From: Callorhinchus milii
Lineage: Eukaryota
Assembly: GCF_018977255.1 (NCBI RefSeq)
Contig: NW_024704746.1
Coordinates: forward strand, 39,990,001-40,054,000
Direction: 5' to 3'
DNA length: 64,000 nt
Each line of letters begins with the position of its first letter. Within the stretch, counting starts at the first letter, position 1. Below, in pieces: positions 50,641 through 64,000 of the stretch. Made by a program: the position numbers and the translations under genes. The notes below the pieces were generated by a model, which saw only the letters and a program-made list of their open reading frames with translations, made no database searches and had not been told where the DNA came from.

Positions 50641-51769
50641 GCCCTGTTTATCCACAAATGACCTTTTATCCCTTTTTATAATATTATATTGTTTTTCTTG
50701 CCACTTGTATTACGAGAAAGAAAATTCTAGTTTAAATGGAAAAATAATTCTGACCTACTAAAAGTGATTTTTATTCTCCTTGCTTATTTAAAGTGCACAT
50801 TTTGCTGACAGGAGGGAAATTCATGTTAAAATGTTTTATGTGTAAAAAGGAAAAATAAAGGCATAGAAATTTGCTGAAGATGATTTTCCTTGTTCTAAAT
50901 ACATAATTTTGTTTATGATGTTTGATCTACAAAACAATTGTGTGGGATCTGCATTATCTCCTGTATAATTATAACTTATTTTAATAAATTATTTGCAGGA
51001 TTCAAACTTACCTTAGAAGCATTAAGCTAACCTATTTGTCACGTATAGAGAAGTGTAGATACATTAATATTATACAGTGTTTTGAATAGGCTGTTAGGTG
51101 ACACAAATGCTATACTCCCAAACTGTGACCTCTTTGATAGGATAGCAGCATGTTCTAGGAAATGCCCAAGTGGGTTGGAAACTGCAGGAGATTTTACATA
51201 ATTCATTAAAGTTTTTACTTGCTGCAGGGCAGTGAAGTACTGTTGGCTTCTCGTTATAGATATCACAAGAAATGTATAATTAACTTGGCAAGACATCAAC
51301 ACGTCTGGATTCCATCAAATCATCTGCACGTAGAATGTATTACGGAGTGTTCCATTACGCACCTCTTTAAACACTTAGTTATGGTTTAGAATACAAGATG
51401 ATAGTGTCTATAGGAGATTTGTGAAGGCTTGTTAACGTTTACTACCCTTCTACACAATGTGACCTAATACTGTGGATAAATACAACAGATGGTTATGTCA
51501 CAGTGTTTGACAAGACCTATTTTGGAGAGGATAGGTGCCAACACAGTGGGTTAGATTAGGATATTTTTACCTCTTGGAACTATCTTTCAGACCAGACTTA
51601 CAGAAAGAACATTTAGAGTTCTTTTCTTCAATGGCTTTAAAGGGAACAAGTGAGATGAGGTTGCGTTGTCCACAATACAGAACTAAACATTGGATACAAG
51701 AACAGGTGGAGTGAGAGAAGGAAAAATGACACACTGAAGTGTAATCTATCAGATTTGAATAACTATTTG

Positions 51770-52090
51770 TATAATAATAATATTTGTAATTAATATAGAT
51801 TCTTTCATGTCAGGACAATGTCTCAAAGTGTTTCACAGAATTTACTATAAAGTGTCTTGTAAACACATAAACCAATTTGAACACAGGAATGTGCCAAAAA
51901 TGACCATGATGTGAATAACCCATTTTTATCTGTTGGCTGGGGCACTGACAGAATCTCTCTTCTCTTTTCAAATAGTGCCTTTAGATTTTTAACATCCACC
52001 TGAAGAGGGTCTTTGGTTTAATGTCTCACTCTAAGTGGTGCAAAAGTGAATGTTCATCCGAGTCTGGAAATTAAGACATACAAGATTCTC
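51770..52090 (-). mobile_element. Old Deu-SINE
   Basis: Tail and Deu core on the minus strand. Confidence 0.7.
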
Positions 52091-53249
52091 AAATTCAAAG
52101 TGTATATCATCAAAACCACACTGTCTGATGACACAATGAATTTCACAAACATAGTGAGACAGGTATCAGAGCGTTTTACTAATGCAGTACCTAAAGTGGA
52201 CTCTTTGGTTCAGACACTGGGTTCAAGCTGTGGAAGGATTATCTCGAAGCTGCCCTAAAAATACTCCCTAAAAATGAGAACATAAACAATGCAGCATGCA
52301 TCATCTGAAGCCCCTCTCATCAAAAATAACAGATTCCAATTTCACTCAATGAGGGAGTTTTACATAACTGCCTTACACAGGGAACCAGTAATATGGAGAT
52401 CCTTGAAATGTTCTATTTTGCAAGTAAAATATGCTATTTTGTAAGTAAAATACAAGCTTTCATTATTTCATTTTCTCTTTATCTTGTTATTTTGGCCGTC
52501 TGTGACCAGTTGCACATATTTGCATATCACAGCAGAGATGCTGCATCAGAAACATTTTTGTCAAATTCCCAGACAGCTCCCACAGTCCAGCTAATGCCTT
52601 TCAGCAAAAACAATCTTAAAGTCAACTCTGAATCTAATTTAAATTATTAAACATGAACCCCCACCTTGCAAATGCAAGAAAGAGATTAAAAGTGAGGTCA
52701 GTGCAGTAGATAAAGATGAAACTGGTTTGTGGGTGGGGGAAGGGAATGGATTTCAGTTACAAAATAGATAAGAAATTTAGACAACTAAAAACTTTCATCT
52801 GTCTAAATCAAGCCAATATATCACTGTAAAGTCAGGGTGGAACAGAACACAGAACATATATTAATTAGAAAATTATTTAAACCTAATTATCTCTGTAAAA
52901 TCAATTATGATCAGATATTAATAACGCACACCATTAAAGTAAGGAAACTTATTTAATCGATATTAGTTTTAATTTATTGTTGGCACCAAGTCAGGTGTAC
53001 TTCAATCAGTTACATTACTGCAGTGAACTGTACTAAATCACAAAATGTCAATGAACGGTGGTGAATTCTAATGGCACTTAAACAAAATTTGCTTTTTTCC
53101 ACTTTTCTTCACCATTATTCATCTTAACATTTAACCTCTTAGGGGTATAAATCCATGGATGCCAAAAGCCTTCCAGCAATATTGCCCAAGTCAGTGACTG
53201 TAGATTATTTTATATAATAATTTATTATTATTAGATTATTTTACTATAG

Positions 53250-53520
53250 ATATCACAGCATTGCCCGATTCTGTCCTCATCAGTTCTCTGTACATCAACA
53301 CATTCCAGCAGGTGTCCCAGATGGCAACGAGGACTGAGATCTCTGATTAACTTTTCTCTTTACTCCTCAGCCCAGGGCACTTAGGCCAGATGTAAGCCCT
53401 CAATTGTTGTACCAGCTGAAGCCAACTAACTCAGCACAGTCTTTGATTCAAACCTGTGACCTTTGCTGCGTATGCATTTTCTACACCAGTCGCTACCTTC
53501 AATTGCTGGACCAATAGCAA
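53250..53520 (-). mobile_element. Ancient tRNA-SINE, AmnSINE2-like
   Basis: aactaactcagcacag..attcaaacctgtgacc block, shared with 55200-55485. Confidence 0.5.
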
Positions 53521-53544
53521 TAACATATACTACCGAGAAATACA

Positions 53545-54040
53545 TAGATGGTTACAGCATGGAAATGGGCCATTTGGGTCAACTAATCCACTGCACCGTT
53601 TGTACTCCACATAGAACCATAGAAATTTACTGCACAAAACAAAGCCGTTTGGCCCATCATGTCTCTGCTGGTTCTTTCAAGAGCAATCCTTTCAGTCCCA
53701 TTTACTACCTGCCCTTTCCCCATACATGTTACCCCCATCCTAATCCTCTGTTCCATACCCCTGTATTCCCTTCGCACTGAATATCCGCTTTGAGTTTACT
53801 CTTAAACACATAATTTCTGCTTCAAAACCACAATTTCCAACAGTTTTAACAATTTTATAACTCGATTCCTCTGGAGTTAAAGCCAAGAATTATTTGCATT
53901 TTTATAGCCTTGTTCACCTGTGCTGCAACATTTAGAATCTTATGAATCAGAATCCCTAAATCCCTTTGCTCCTCTACCCCTTTTAGGTTCTTACTAAGGT
54001 ATAAACAGCTTCTTTATTCCTCCTATCAAAGGGATTCATT
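53545..54040 (-). mobile_element. CR1 3' end fragments
   Basis: catagaaccatagaaatttactgcac..gccgtttggcccatc terminus and an aatccctaaatccctttgctc ORF2 remnant. Confidence 0.6.
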
Positions 54041-54888
54041 TTCTGAAAGGAAATAGACAAATATTCAATTAAACTACTGTATTATAATTTTGAACACTCT
54101 TGACTAAATAATTTTTATTTAAATAAAATCTCTACCCTGATGCAAAGTTGCAGGATTATACAGCACTTGGCATAATGCATTATTGAGCACAATGCATCTC
54201 GAGGGAGGTAAGCTTATGTTTAATAACATATTGACAAAAGCAGCCAGTGGAAATTGAAGTCATGGGTTACTTTGTAAAACGAAAAGAAGATGACAGCAAC
54301 ACACTGTGCCGAGAGTAGTCCCATCAGTGCAGCACAGTGTGCTGTGAATACAGAGCCATGGTACCAGCTGGTCTGTACACAGGTCACTGATGCATCGCAG
54401 TGACCTCAAAAAAATTCTAACAAAGAAGTGTCACTTGTTTTTTGTAAGCTATCTGCTGCAATGACTGGTTTTGTATTTGAAATAGGTGTAAATTAGCTGT
54501 CTGGGGTTTTCTGAGAGCAGTAGGAATGGGGGGTAGTGGTGCCAAAACTCAGCTTTCATCCTGTTCAGATTATGCATGTCCCAGATTCAACTGCAGCGAT
54601 GTCAGGTGGACAGAAACTGAACAATTTCTCAATGGACCACACTTCAGAAGGGAGACTCTCTTTACAATAACGGCCTGGCTAACAATCTCTTTGTTATACG
54701 GTACAAGATCAAACAGAGCTGTCGTTGGGCCTAGGGGAGTGGGGAGCCCACATTGAGTGTGACCCTTTCCACGTCAGCCTCATTAACTCTGGTGCACGAC
54801 ATACTTCATCAGTCATAATCCAACTTGTAGTGCAGTCCAATGTGTAACTCACGGGGCTGTGCACATAAAAAAATTGCCTTTCATCATT

Positions 54889-55030
54889 AATAATAATAAT
54901 CCTTGCATTTGATATAGAGCCTTATCATGTCTTCAAGACGTCCCAAAGTGCTTCACAGAATATACTGTAAAGTGAACTGACTGTATATTTTGTGGGTGAA
55001 ACTAGTGGTGGAACAATTGCACAGCAATGG
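54889..55030 (-). mobile_element. SINE 3' fragment
   Basis: aataataataatccttgcatttgatatag... Confidence 0.85.
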
Positions 55031-55199
55031 AGCGTGAGAATAACTTTTGCCGGTAGATTTTTACTTGCAAGTGTTTAATTGTATTCAAGGTAAATTTAAC
55101 CGTTTATATTAAATGTTTTCCTCCAAGATGCTGTGAGAGTAGTTACCAGCACCTGCCCGGTACCCGACCTAAACATTCAACTTTTACCTCACTGATGAT

Positions 55200-55485
55200 A
55201 ATATCCAGTTCTTTCACAGTTGATTGTCTGACAGCCTAGCCTCATCTGATACCCACAAGCACGGTTTTCTACCTGGCAGCTGGGACTCATGTATAATAGT
55301 TAGAAATGGGAATCCTCACTGATTTTCACCAGCCCTAGCCTGATGATGATTCCAAGGTTAACAGGGATCAACTAACTCAACTAACTCAGGACAGACCAGT
55401 GACCTAGCGTAATATCATCCCAGTGTGTATGGCTCAGAGCTACGGCAGATCACGCACTTGCCCACTGAACCATCCTTCAGCCCAG
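55200..55485 (-). mobile_element. Ancient tRNA-SINE, AmnSINE2-like
   Basis: gatcaactaactcag..cagaccag..tgtatggctcag..gcacttgcccactgaaccatc is the reverse complement of a tRNA-like head. Confidence 0.5.
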
Positions 55486-56112
55486 CAAAACTGAAGGTAA
55501 TCATAATGTTAAAACACCACCTCAGCATTCTACACTCTTTTTTTAAAAATGTGTTTTACATTTGAATAATCAATGTTACAAGGAATCAGAGACATTTACA
55601 TTTTCCTAACATGATTCCTGTAATGAATACTTCAGATGTAAAACGGCATATCCAATGATATGTCTTCAGATGCAAAAGGCGCTATATCAAATCTAAGAAT
55701 TATTATTATTATTTTAAAAATAGTTGACAGGAATGTTCCAAACCTTTACAACACAATAGCAAAGCACGCTATCATATAGACACAGGGAAAGCATGTAGCT
55801 TTCAGTACTAAGCTAGGCAGCCAAGGTTACAGTGACATTCACAGGTTAACACATTCAGCTAGGCATATGGTTATTTGATTACTCTGACTGAAGCTAGCCC
55901 TGGCTATAAATAGAACAGCACAACACCACATTCCCTGAATGGGGTGCATCGGGGCATTCCCACATTATTTGTAGCAACAAGCCTTGCCCACCATGATGGC
56001 CTCTGTCAATCTGGTACTTATCCAACAGATTTGTATGGATGAATGCTCCCATTCAAACAGGAAACCTTGCAAACACAGCCTCCAGAAAGAGACTTCCTCA
56101 CATTGCTTTTCA

Positions 56113-56348
56113 TTGCTTTTCCGGGGAGTAATAATCCCTTCAGAGAAAAAACATAAATTTCAAAAAAATTAAATAATAATAATTTGATTCAATTCATGAC
56201 CGGTTGTGCAACACTGCTGTGCGCAATTGGCTGCTGCGTTTCGGCCACAAAATATACAGTCAATTCCCTTGATAGTATATTCTGTGAAGCACTTTGAGAT
56301 GTCTTGAAGACGTGATAAGGGACTATATCAAATGCAAGGATTATTATT
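56113..56348 (+). mobile_element. SINE, 5'-truncated
   Basis: Body and tail of the young family. Confidence 0.85.
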
Positions 56349-56643
56349 TTTATTGCTCTGGACCATCAAACACACAATTCTGCATCTGATCAGAGTGAAA
56401 AACGTTACTTTTGAATGCCTTCTGCATGTTGCCTTTAAACATCGTCATGGTAAAATACAAGCGTTAGATTCTTTAGGATGAGAGCAAGCATTCATCAATA
56501 GTAGGTGGTGCATAGTTTTATTGTTGTATGTGTTCCCTATTCCTCCCATTAGAGGAATGACTGGGAACTAGAAGTGTGGTTTCCACTGCCGGCTCAGAAA
56601 TCATAACAGCCCAGGCAGTGGAGAGCACTATGAAGGCAGAATA

Positions 56644-57004
56644 TAATAATAATCCTTTTATTTGATATAGAGCCTTATCATGTTTTCGAGACGTCTCAAA
56701 GCACTTCATAGAATATATGGCAAAATGAATTTAAGTATATTTTGTGGGCAAAACGCGGCAGCCAATTGCACACAGCAGTGTCCCACAACAGTCGTGGATT
56801 GAGTGACCAAATTCTTATTTAATTATTTTTTTGAAGGGTTTATTAGCCCTGGAAAAGCGATCTGCCAATTGAACAAAAACTGCTCGGTGACCAGAGGCGT
56901 GTGGAGTAAGAAAACTTGTCCAAAGTTCGCCCTTTTCAGGAATCAAACCTAGGTTCTCTCGCTTGCGAGGCAAGTGCTTCAACCATTAAACTGCAGGATT
57001 CCAC
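56644..57004 (-). mobile_element. Full-length SINE, longer internal variant
   Basis: Head gtggaatcctgcagtttaatggttgaagcacttg, extra segment gcctctggtcaccgagcag...aattggcagatcgcttttcc, and tail. Confidence 0.85.
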
Positions 57005-58244
57005 TGAATGAACCATAATACTAAAAATCCTTTTGCATGAGTTTTGTATAATGTCACTCAAGAAATATTACAAGATAAAGAGCACTTCAAATGAAATTAT
57101 GCTAGTGTAATTGTACACTGTTTATTTCTTTTATTAAGTTATTATGCTGTTTGTACTTCTTTAAACATGTTATTACTTTATAATCCCAAACTATGCAGAA
57201 ACAGGCTTCCACTGAGAGACCCATTGTGAATGGCGCCTAAAACTCGAATAGATTAAAAAATAAATTAGCAATTCATGATGAAAATATGCTATGGGCATTT
57301 AAAATTAATATGAAACCCAATTGAGATACTAAATAGTAATGGTGTTCAGGACTACATCTGGTTTAATGAATTTTAAAATAAGAATTCTACTTCACTTGTA
57401 ATTAAATAAGAAGTTAGGTTTGGGAAGATGGACATTTCAATGTCCAATATTATTTGGAGGTACTACTTTATTAATGTAGACAATGCAATTCAATTGCTTT
57501 TTTTATATTTCTCTCGTTTGGCTTTTCTGCTATTTCGTTCATGGAAAACAGTTTTAAAAAATAATGCAACTGCTAAAATGCTATACTTATCTTTGAAACA
57601 ATTTTTTTTACTCTGACATTATATGCACAAAATTGGAATTATCTATCATAGAGTTCCAGAACGTTTGCCTACAAAAATACAGTCACTACACTTTACAGTA
57701 AATTCTGTGAAATTCTGTAAGACAACTTCCTGAAGTGAAAGGCTCAATGTCAAATGCAAGGATAGGATTATTATAAACAATATGTTTGGTAAATTACATA
57801 GTTGGTCCCACATTTCCGTTTCCCAAAAATACTGACAAAAATAATCCAGGAGTAAATTGCTAATGTATTTTGTTAAAGAAAATGTGTTTTGAGTTTAATA
57901 CCCCCAGTGCTCATGCATTCCTTACCCCCATTTTTCTGGTATGGCAATTAAGATTGATTCACACTGAGTCATGCAATCCAGTGCTCTCTTTTTGTTAAAA
58001 AAAGACAATTTTATGTTACATCATACGCCATTTCACGGCTCACGAAATCCCAAGAATTCCTCACCATCATTTTATATTACATTTAACACAAACCTGAAAC
58101 GTGCAGAGATGTATTTCCCCATGGTTCTTTTCTTTTTGTGAATGCTTGTTAACAGTTCGGTGGATGGAGATGTTAACAATTTAGTGAGTAAAGGAGTAAC
58201 TGTACACAACAAAACCCAATGTAATGTGCATCTTATAATGAATA

Positions 58245-58700
58245 ACTATAATCCTTTCATTTGATATACCACATTACCACGTTGTCAAGATATCTCAAAG
58301 CGCTTCACAGGATATACTGTAAAGCGAAGTGACTATTTTGTGGGCAAACGTGACAGACAATTTTCACACAGCAATATCTCACAAAATTCCTATGAAGTAA
58401 ATGACATTTTTTTTATTTGGGGGTTTTGTTCACCAGGACCCTGGGAGAAACACCCTTCTCTTTTCGAATAGTGCCATGGGATCTTTAATGTTCACCTGGA
58501 CAAGCAGACGGGATCTCAGCTTAACATCTCCTCCGAAGTACAGAACCTACAAAATTATGGCACACCCCAAGCTCTGCATTGCATTGCATTGCACTGTCAA
58601 CACACACTGCCTGAGTTCTAAGACCTGATGTGGTACCTGAACCCACAATCGTCTGACTCACAGGAAAGAGTGCTCCAGAATGCGCTGGGTCAGAGACCCA
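58245..58700 (-). mobile_element. Nearly full-length older Deu-SINE; a plus-strand tail fragment lies at about 57660-57775
   Basis: Tail, Deu core atagtgccatgggatctttaatgttcacctg, and head tgaacccacaatcgtctgactca. Confidence 0.8.
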
Positions 58701-59734
58701 AATATAAAAAGAAAAATGACCTGAGCAAACTGAAAGAAGTTTGCACACAGCCACCAAACTGCTTATTTGCACAAACTTTATGCAGGCATACAATTTACAA
58801 ATAAAAGTGGAGCAATTTTAATGGCATTATGCTCGGCAATTTGATATATTATAATTTATGTCAGTGCTTCATGAGAAGCCCCTGTTTAGCAATAATTACT
58901 TTCCCCTGAAAAAAAATAGGTCTTCAGAAAATTTGTACAGTAATATATGAATTAAACAATATAAAAATGGTTAGATTTGAGATACTATTTGTAAATATTG
59001 AAAGAAAAATCTATTTTAGGCTCACAGGAACTTCCAGAATATAGCAGAGGATGTCAAAATCATAGCCTTGAGTTTTACAATCATTGAGAATTAAGGTTTT
59101 ATGGTTGACTAAACTTGAATGGTGGATGTGAAACCATCTAAGGTACAGAGTAAAGCAAGGACTCCAGGATTACTTTACAACATTTAGCAGATATACCATT
59201 ATGTGAAGACTAATAATTCACTGCCAAAAACTCTATAAATTCTTTCAGCTCGTGTGCATTTAAGATGATATATACTCACACAGCAGGCTATCCTGTTGTG
59301 ATTTATTTTCATTTATGCTTCATCTCATGAGCTTGAAATGAACATCAGCTTTCCCATCATAGACCTTATATTTTTCTGGCACAACATGTTCTTTCTATTG
59401 CCTTGATGCTCTGAATATCAAGTTCTCTCAAGAGTTGCATCATTCTTGTTTTAAACCTTAGACTGAACAGAAGCTATACAATAAAATGTTGATCATTTCA
59501 GGTTTTACAAGATCCAGAGTGCAATGCAGTGAATGCAGCAAGTCTCACTGATAAACGGTTGCCTAGAATTTCAGCTATTTTTCCTTTTAATGCTTCATCA
59601 TTAGTGACATTTTACGTTTGCTCTTCATTCATCTGTTTGTTATAGGTCAGATCATAAGATTATTCAGGTTAACTTTAATTTTGCAGATTAAAATATAAAT
59701 TAAAGGTAGCTCAATATATATTACACACATCACT

Positions 59735-60085
59735 AGAGATCGGTTTGGATGACGAAGGCTATTCAGCCCATCTGATCTCATCTCTCCAGAATATCCACTC
59801 CACATTCCTGCCATCATAGCATCAAACTATTTTTTAAATGAGTCAAGTGTCCTAGCCTCAACTATCCTTCCTAGCAATCAATTCCATTCATTATTTGCCC
59901 TAAAGAAAATAGCCTGTTGTCTGTCCTGAAGTTGTCATTTGCAACTCTAAATCATCCTATTGTTCTACTGTTTTGTTCATCCTAACGTATTGATCTGAGT
60001 TAACTTTTCAATCCCATTTAAAATTTTATACAGCTCTATATGATCCCTCTGTTGTGTCTTCTCTCAAGACTGAAGAGCCCTAAAC
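59735..60085 (-). mobile_element. CR1 3' end
   Basis: gaaggctattcagcccatc...ctctcaagactgaagagccctaa, antisense of the CR1 ORF2 end (LGLFSLE). Confidence 0.7.
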
Positions 60086-60147
60086 ATGTAAAGAGAGAGA
60101 GAGAAGGGAGGGTGGAACTCATTTGTAAGTTGTGTTTCATTCGCTTA

Positions 60148-60450
60148 ATAAAAATCCTTGCATTTGGATATACCGCCTTTCATATCGGGAGGACATCCCA
60201 AAGCACTTCACAGGATTTAGAGTAAAGTGGAGTGACTACGTATTTGTGGGCAAACATGGCAGCCAATTTTGCACACAACAATATCTCACAAACAGCCACA
60301 GAGTTAGTGACCAATTTTATTGGGGGGATTGTTGGCCAGAACATCAGGGGAAACCCTCTTCTCTTTTCAAATAGTGCCATGGGATCTTTAACATCCACAT
60401 GTTTAATGCCTCATCTGAAGGACGGCACTTCCAACAATGCATTTCAGAAT
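60148..60450 (-). mobile_element. Deu-SINE
   Basis: Tail plus Deu core (the MDVKDPMALFEK frame in the ORF track). Confidence 0.85.
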
Positions 60451-62364
60451 GCTTTACGCAGCTGGCTGGACACCTGAATGGAGGAGTGGGGGTAGGAAAG
60501 GATTTTGGAAAGCGCAGCCAAAGAGCTAAGTTGAAAGTTGGACAGTGGAGGCCCATCTGGTTTGCAGACATCCACTGGTTACATTGCCCTCCTTTCCCTG
60601 TAGGCAACATACAGTGTGGAGCTCAAAGGCCATCGTGCTAGGGAATGGACTTTAAACCTAAACTATTACAAACCATGAGGATGAATATTTTTCAATGAAT
60701 AGTGTTGCATTACATACTCCATAGTAAGGAACATTCATACAAGAAATGTGAACTTTTATTGATTATTAATATTCATATTAAAATAGTAATTCATGTTGCA
60801 TTAATTAAGCCTTTTATCCCTCTGATGTTTTTCTTTGAAGTGGGTTTTAAAATAATAATTCAGCTAGCAATGTTTGTTACATGAAGATATTACATGTTGT
60901 ATTAAGAGGGCAGGGATGCAAGAGGGTCAAAACTCAGGTCTTTCATCCCTGGATTTGAAAAGAACTGCATTAAAGGCATCGTCTCTCTGACGTTATTAGA
61001 AATTCAAAGCAAAATCAATTAGTTTGGCTCAATTTAGTCAAGTCTATGACTAAACACTGCTTATAATTCAGTACGGCTTGATATTTGAGGATAGGAATTC
61101 AACCTGGGTCTAGATGACCTAAAAGAAATACCACAATGGTATTCTTCTTAATATCAATGTCTGAAGCAACATCTGTGGCATTGGTATTCATGCTTGTGTT
61201 CTATGGCCTTTGGTAGATGGTTTGGGGAAACTTGCGACTCAGAGGTTTCTGTTTAATAAAATGCTGGTTTCCTGCTAACTGGCAGCCAGAAGCTGAAATT
61301 CAAGAGCTGGAAGTCCGATGTCATGAGTACAATGAAATGGATGTTGCTGTTGAGACTGCTAGAGAACTATGTGTTTGAAGGACAAGGAAAGTGTCTGTGT
61401 CAAGCATATTCCGTGGGATAAATATGCAATGTAATGACAAATTGGCCCCACTGTCTTTGCACAATATTAAACAAACATTCCCAAACAAACAATTAGTTTT
61501 AAAAATGCACCTCACTCTCAAAGATAAAAGATCCAGTTCAAAGAAGGAAATGTCAGTATTTGCAAATTGAATTCATAACAACCAAGAGTGTGATTTCATT
61601 TCCTGAAGCTACTTTGATTTAATTTAAAACTTTTATAACCAAACCTTCATCACATGTTGCCAGTATTACATCTCAAATTAATATCGCTTTTCTTCTCATT
61701 AAAGTGATGGATAGCAGTGCTAGGGAACAATTTTTACTTTGCATTGGTGCCACTACTAAGTGCTTCCATAGTAGATTGGGTGTAATGCAAATCATCTCCC
61801 GCTTGGCCCATTCCCCACCATACAGCTTCAGCGACAATAAAGCATCTCACATAACACAGAATCCTACTACCTTTCTCTGAAAAACTAGGTTCATTTCAGA
61901 TTTATATAAAGATGCTGTAACATTGGAGGGTACAGAAACACAACCAGTTATCAAGAAAGATTGGCCAGTCAGAGCTTTTCTCTCTGTAGAGATAAGATGA
62001 TTGAGAGAGGGCTATAACATTATCGTCAAGATACTCTGACCGTTCAGGGCAAAGGTCTGCTCAGATAAATGTATTTTCTAAAATATTTATGAAATAAAGG
62101 TAACCATTTATCTGGACACATGCTTCCCTGCTTGGGAAAATAAACTTTCTAACGCAAAAGCTAATCCTTGTGTGTGTCAAACAGAAGTTATGGTTCCAAA
62201 AGGATCATTGTGTCAAATTGGTGATAACCCTGAAGAGACAGGATTAATCTGATCACTCACACTGACATGGAGGCACAAATATTTCAACGGGACTCAAACA
62301 TTCAGCCATGTAAACCAAATGCCTTGTGATGCATTCTTGTATTCAACATAATAATATAATAATT

Positions 62365-62675
62365 ATAAATGATCCTTGCATTTGATATAGTGCCTTATTA
62401 CATCGTTGAGACGTCTCAAAACGCTAAACCAAATATACTGTAAAAAGCGAATTGACTGTATTTTGTGGGTGAAACATGGCAGCCAATTGCGTACAGCGAC
62501 GTCCCACAAACAGTCGTGGACTGAGTGATGACATTACTATTATTTTTTTATGAAGCGATTATTACACCCAGAAAGTGATCCGCCAATGGACCAACAACCA
62601 GGTTCCTAATTATTGCTAGGTAAACAGAGGCGTGTTTAAGGAGTAAGGAAACTTGCCTACAGTTTTGTCCCAGCA
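62365..62675 (-). mobile_element. SINE, longest internal variant, 5'-truncated
   Basis: Contains gcctctgtttacctagcaataattaggaacctgg between the head spacer and the Deu-like 3' part. Confidence 0.85.
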
Positions 62676-64000
62676 AAGCCCCTATAGATGTCAAAACGTT
62701 TCACAGGCAATTTCTGTTCAATGCATTTTTGCCAGCAAATTATGAAAGTCCGTTCAACAAGATTTAAACCCTAAAAAGGCTGGTCTGACAACTCACAAAT
62801 AATAGTTAGAATGATTTATAGTCAGTGTCAAGGGTGGAATACAAATCAGATTCCATTGATCTTCTGCTGAGAACATACATAAATATTGAGTGAAGAATTA
62901 AAAACATTTAATAGGTGAAGAGGTTAAAAAGATGGGCTTCGTAGTGCACTCTATTCCTTTGTGTGTTGGTTCCAGTAGAGCGTGAAGCAGCACAAGTGCT
63001 AACTAGGCTATTACTGTGCAGTGCGGCTTTCAAAAGTTTAAGTTTTGACCCATCCCTTCATGGAAATGATACCTTCACAGATTGATTAATGGGAAATCAT
63101 CCATTAATTCTATTGAATTTAGCACTGCGTAAATGATGTTTCTTTACCTCTCGGAAGACTAATTATTTATAGTAAAGGAACGTTGTCAGGGTTTCTGAAG
63201 AAGTCATGACAGACTTAATCATCATTCCCTGAATCTCCTGATGGAAGCAGTTATCATATCTTCCTCATGCTGAATGCACCAGTCCACTGCTTTAACAACC
63301 ATAATCACTATAATGTGCTTCCTACAAAACACCATATGTAAATCTTAACAAAATTACTGAACCAAAGTGAGATTGATGATTGTTAGGATGGTAAACATGA
63401 TGCTGCCTAGTTTCCTGAAATGCCAAATTGCAAGTTAATAGCTGCACTTTCATTTGACCATTGAAATGAGCCATGGATATAATGGAGGAAAACAAAATAC
63501 AAGTGAAGTAATTTTAACATCTTATATTGAACCGTTGTGTGCAAACTGGACATCTGAAAACTGCCTTTCCCCAAAGATCTTTGGTAGCTTTACCACATCA
63601 GAGGAGAAACAAAAATCAAATTTGATGTGCATCACTCCAGTTAGGATGTCCAGGGTAAGAAAAAAGCACAGACATTACTGAGTGTCAGATTCACCCAAAT
63701 CATTTAAGAAATACGAAGGTACATGTTAATGCAGGTTGATGGAAAAAATTTGAGTTGAATAGTGAACAAACTGTCGCGGTCCCTTCCTAGTTGAAGGAAG
63801 CAGATCTTAAACTCGACTCCTTCAGCTTTCCACTTGGTAGAGATAATCAGAATATCAATGTTATCTCACAGGGAATGATCTTACAAATCCGTGTCATTTA
63901 TGGCCATCTCATTAACTTACATTTCTCTTGCTATAATCATTCAGGATTTCAGGCAGTTTAGAAATGAAGGGAGCTTTACTCCTTCCAACAGTTGGGCAAG

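Overview
Vertebrate genomic DNA, about 39% GC by eye and very rich in SINE/LINE relics. The repeat spectrum (Deu-domain tRNA-SINEs with L2-type tails, L2, CR1) points to a cartilaginous fish, probably a holocephalan such as elephant shark; this is inference. The only host gene I can support is a Shal-family (Kv4/KCND) potassium channel on the minus strand. Four internal coding exons with canonical AG/GT boundaries were read directly: 7582-7744 (pore GYG to S6), 6330-6428, 5113-5208 and a 60-bp exon at 1492-1551. The ORF track shows only the first of these in its coding frame. Positions 7745-64000 appear to be part of the very large first coding intron; the first coding exon and the terminal exons lie outside the window. 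The best observation is that the constitutive exons look most like KCND2 (Kv4.2), yet the gene carries an intact homologue of the cassette exon regarded as specific to Kv4.3L (GLSYLVDDPLLSVRSSASIK), followed by a dense YGCY cluster. The intron also holds an unclassified repeat family clustered at 27-41 kb, a fold-back element built from two SINE heads, a CR1-Zenon-like RT relic, a collapsed piggyBac-like palindrome and candidate RFX/REST sites. Repeat boundaries are by-eye estimates, and family names come from recalled consensus features rather than database searches.
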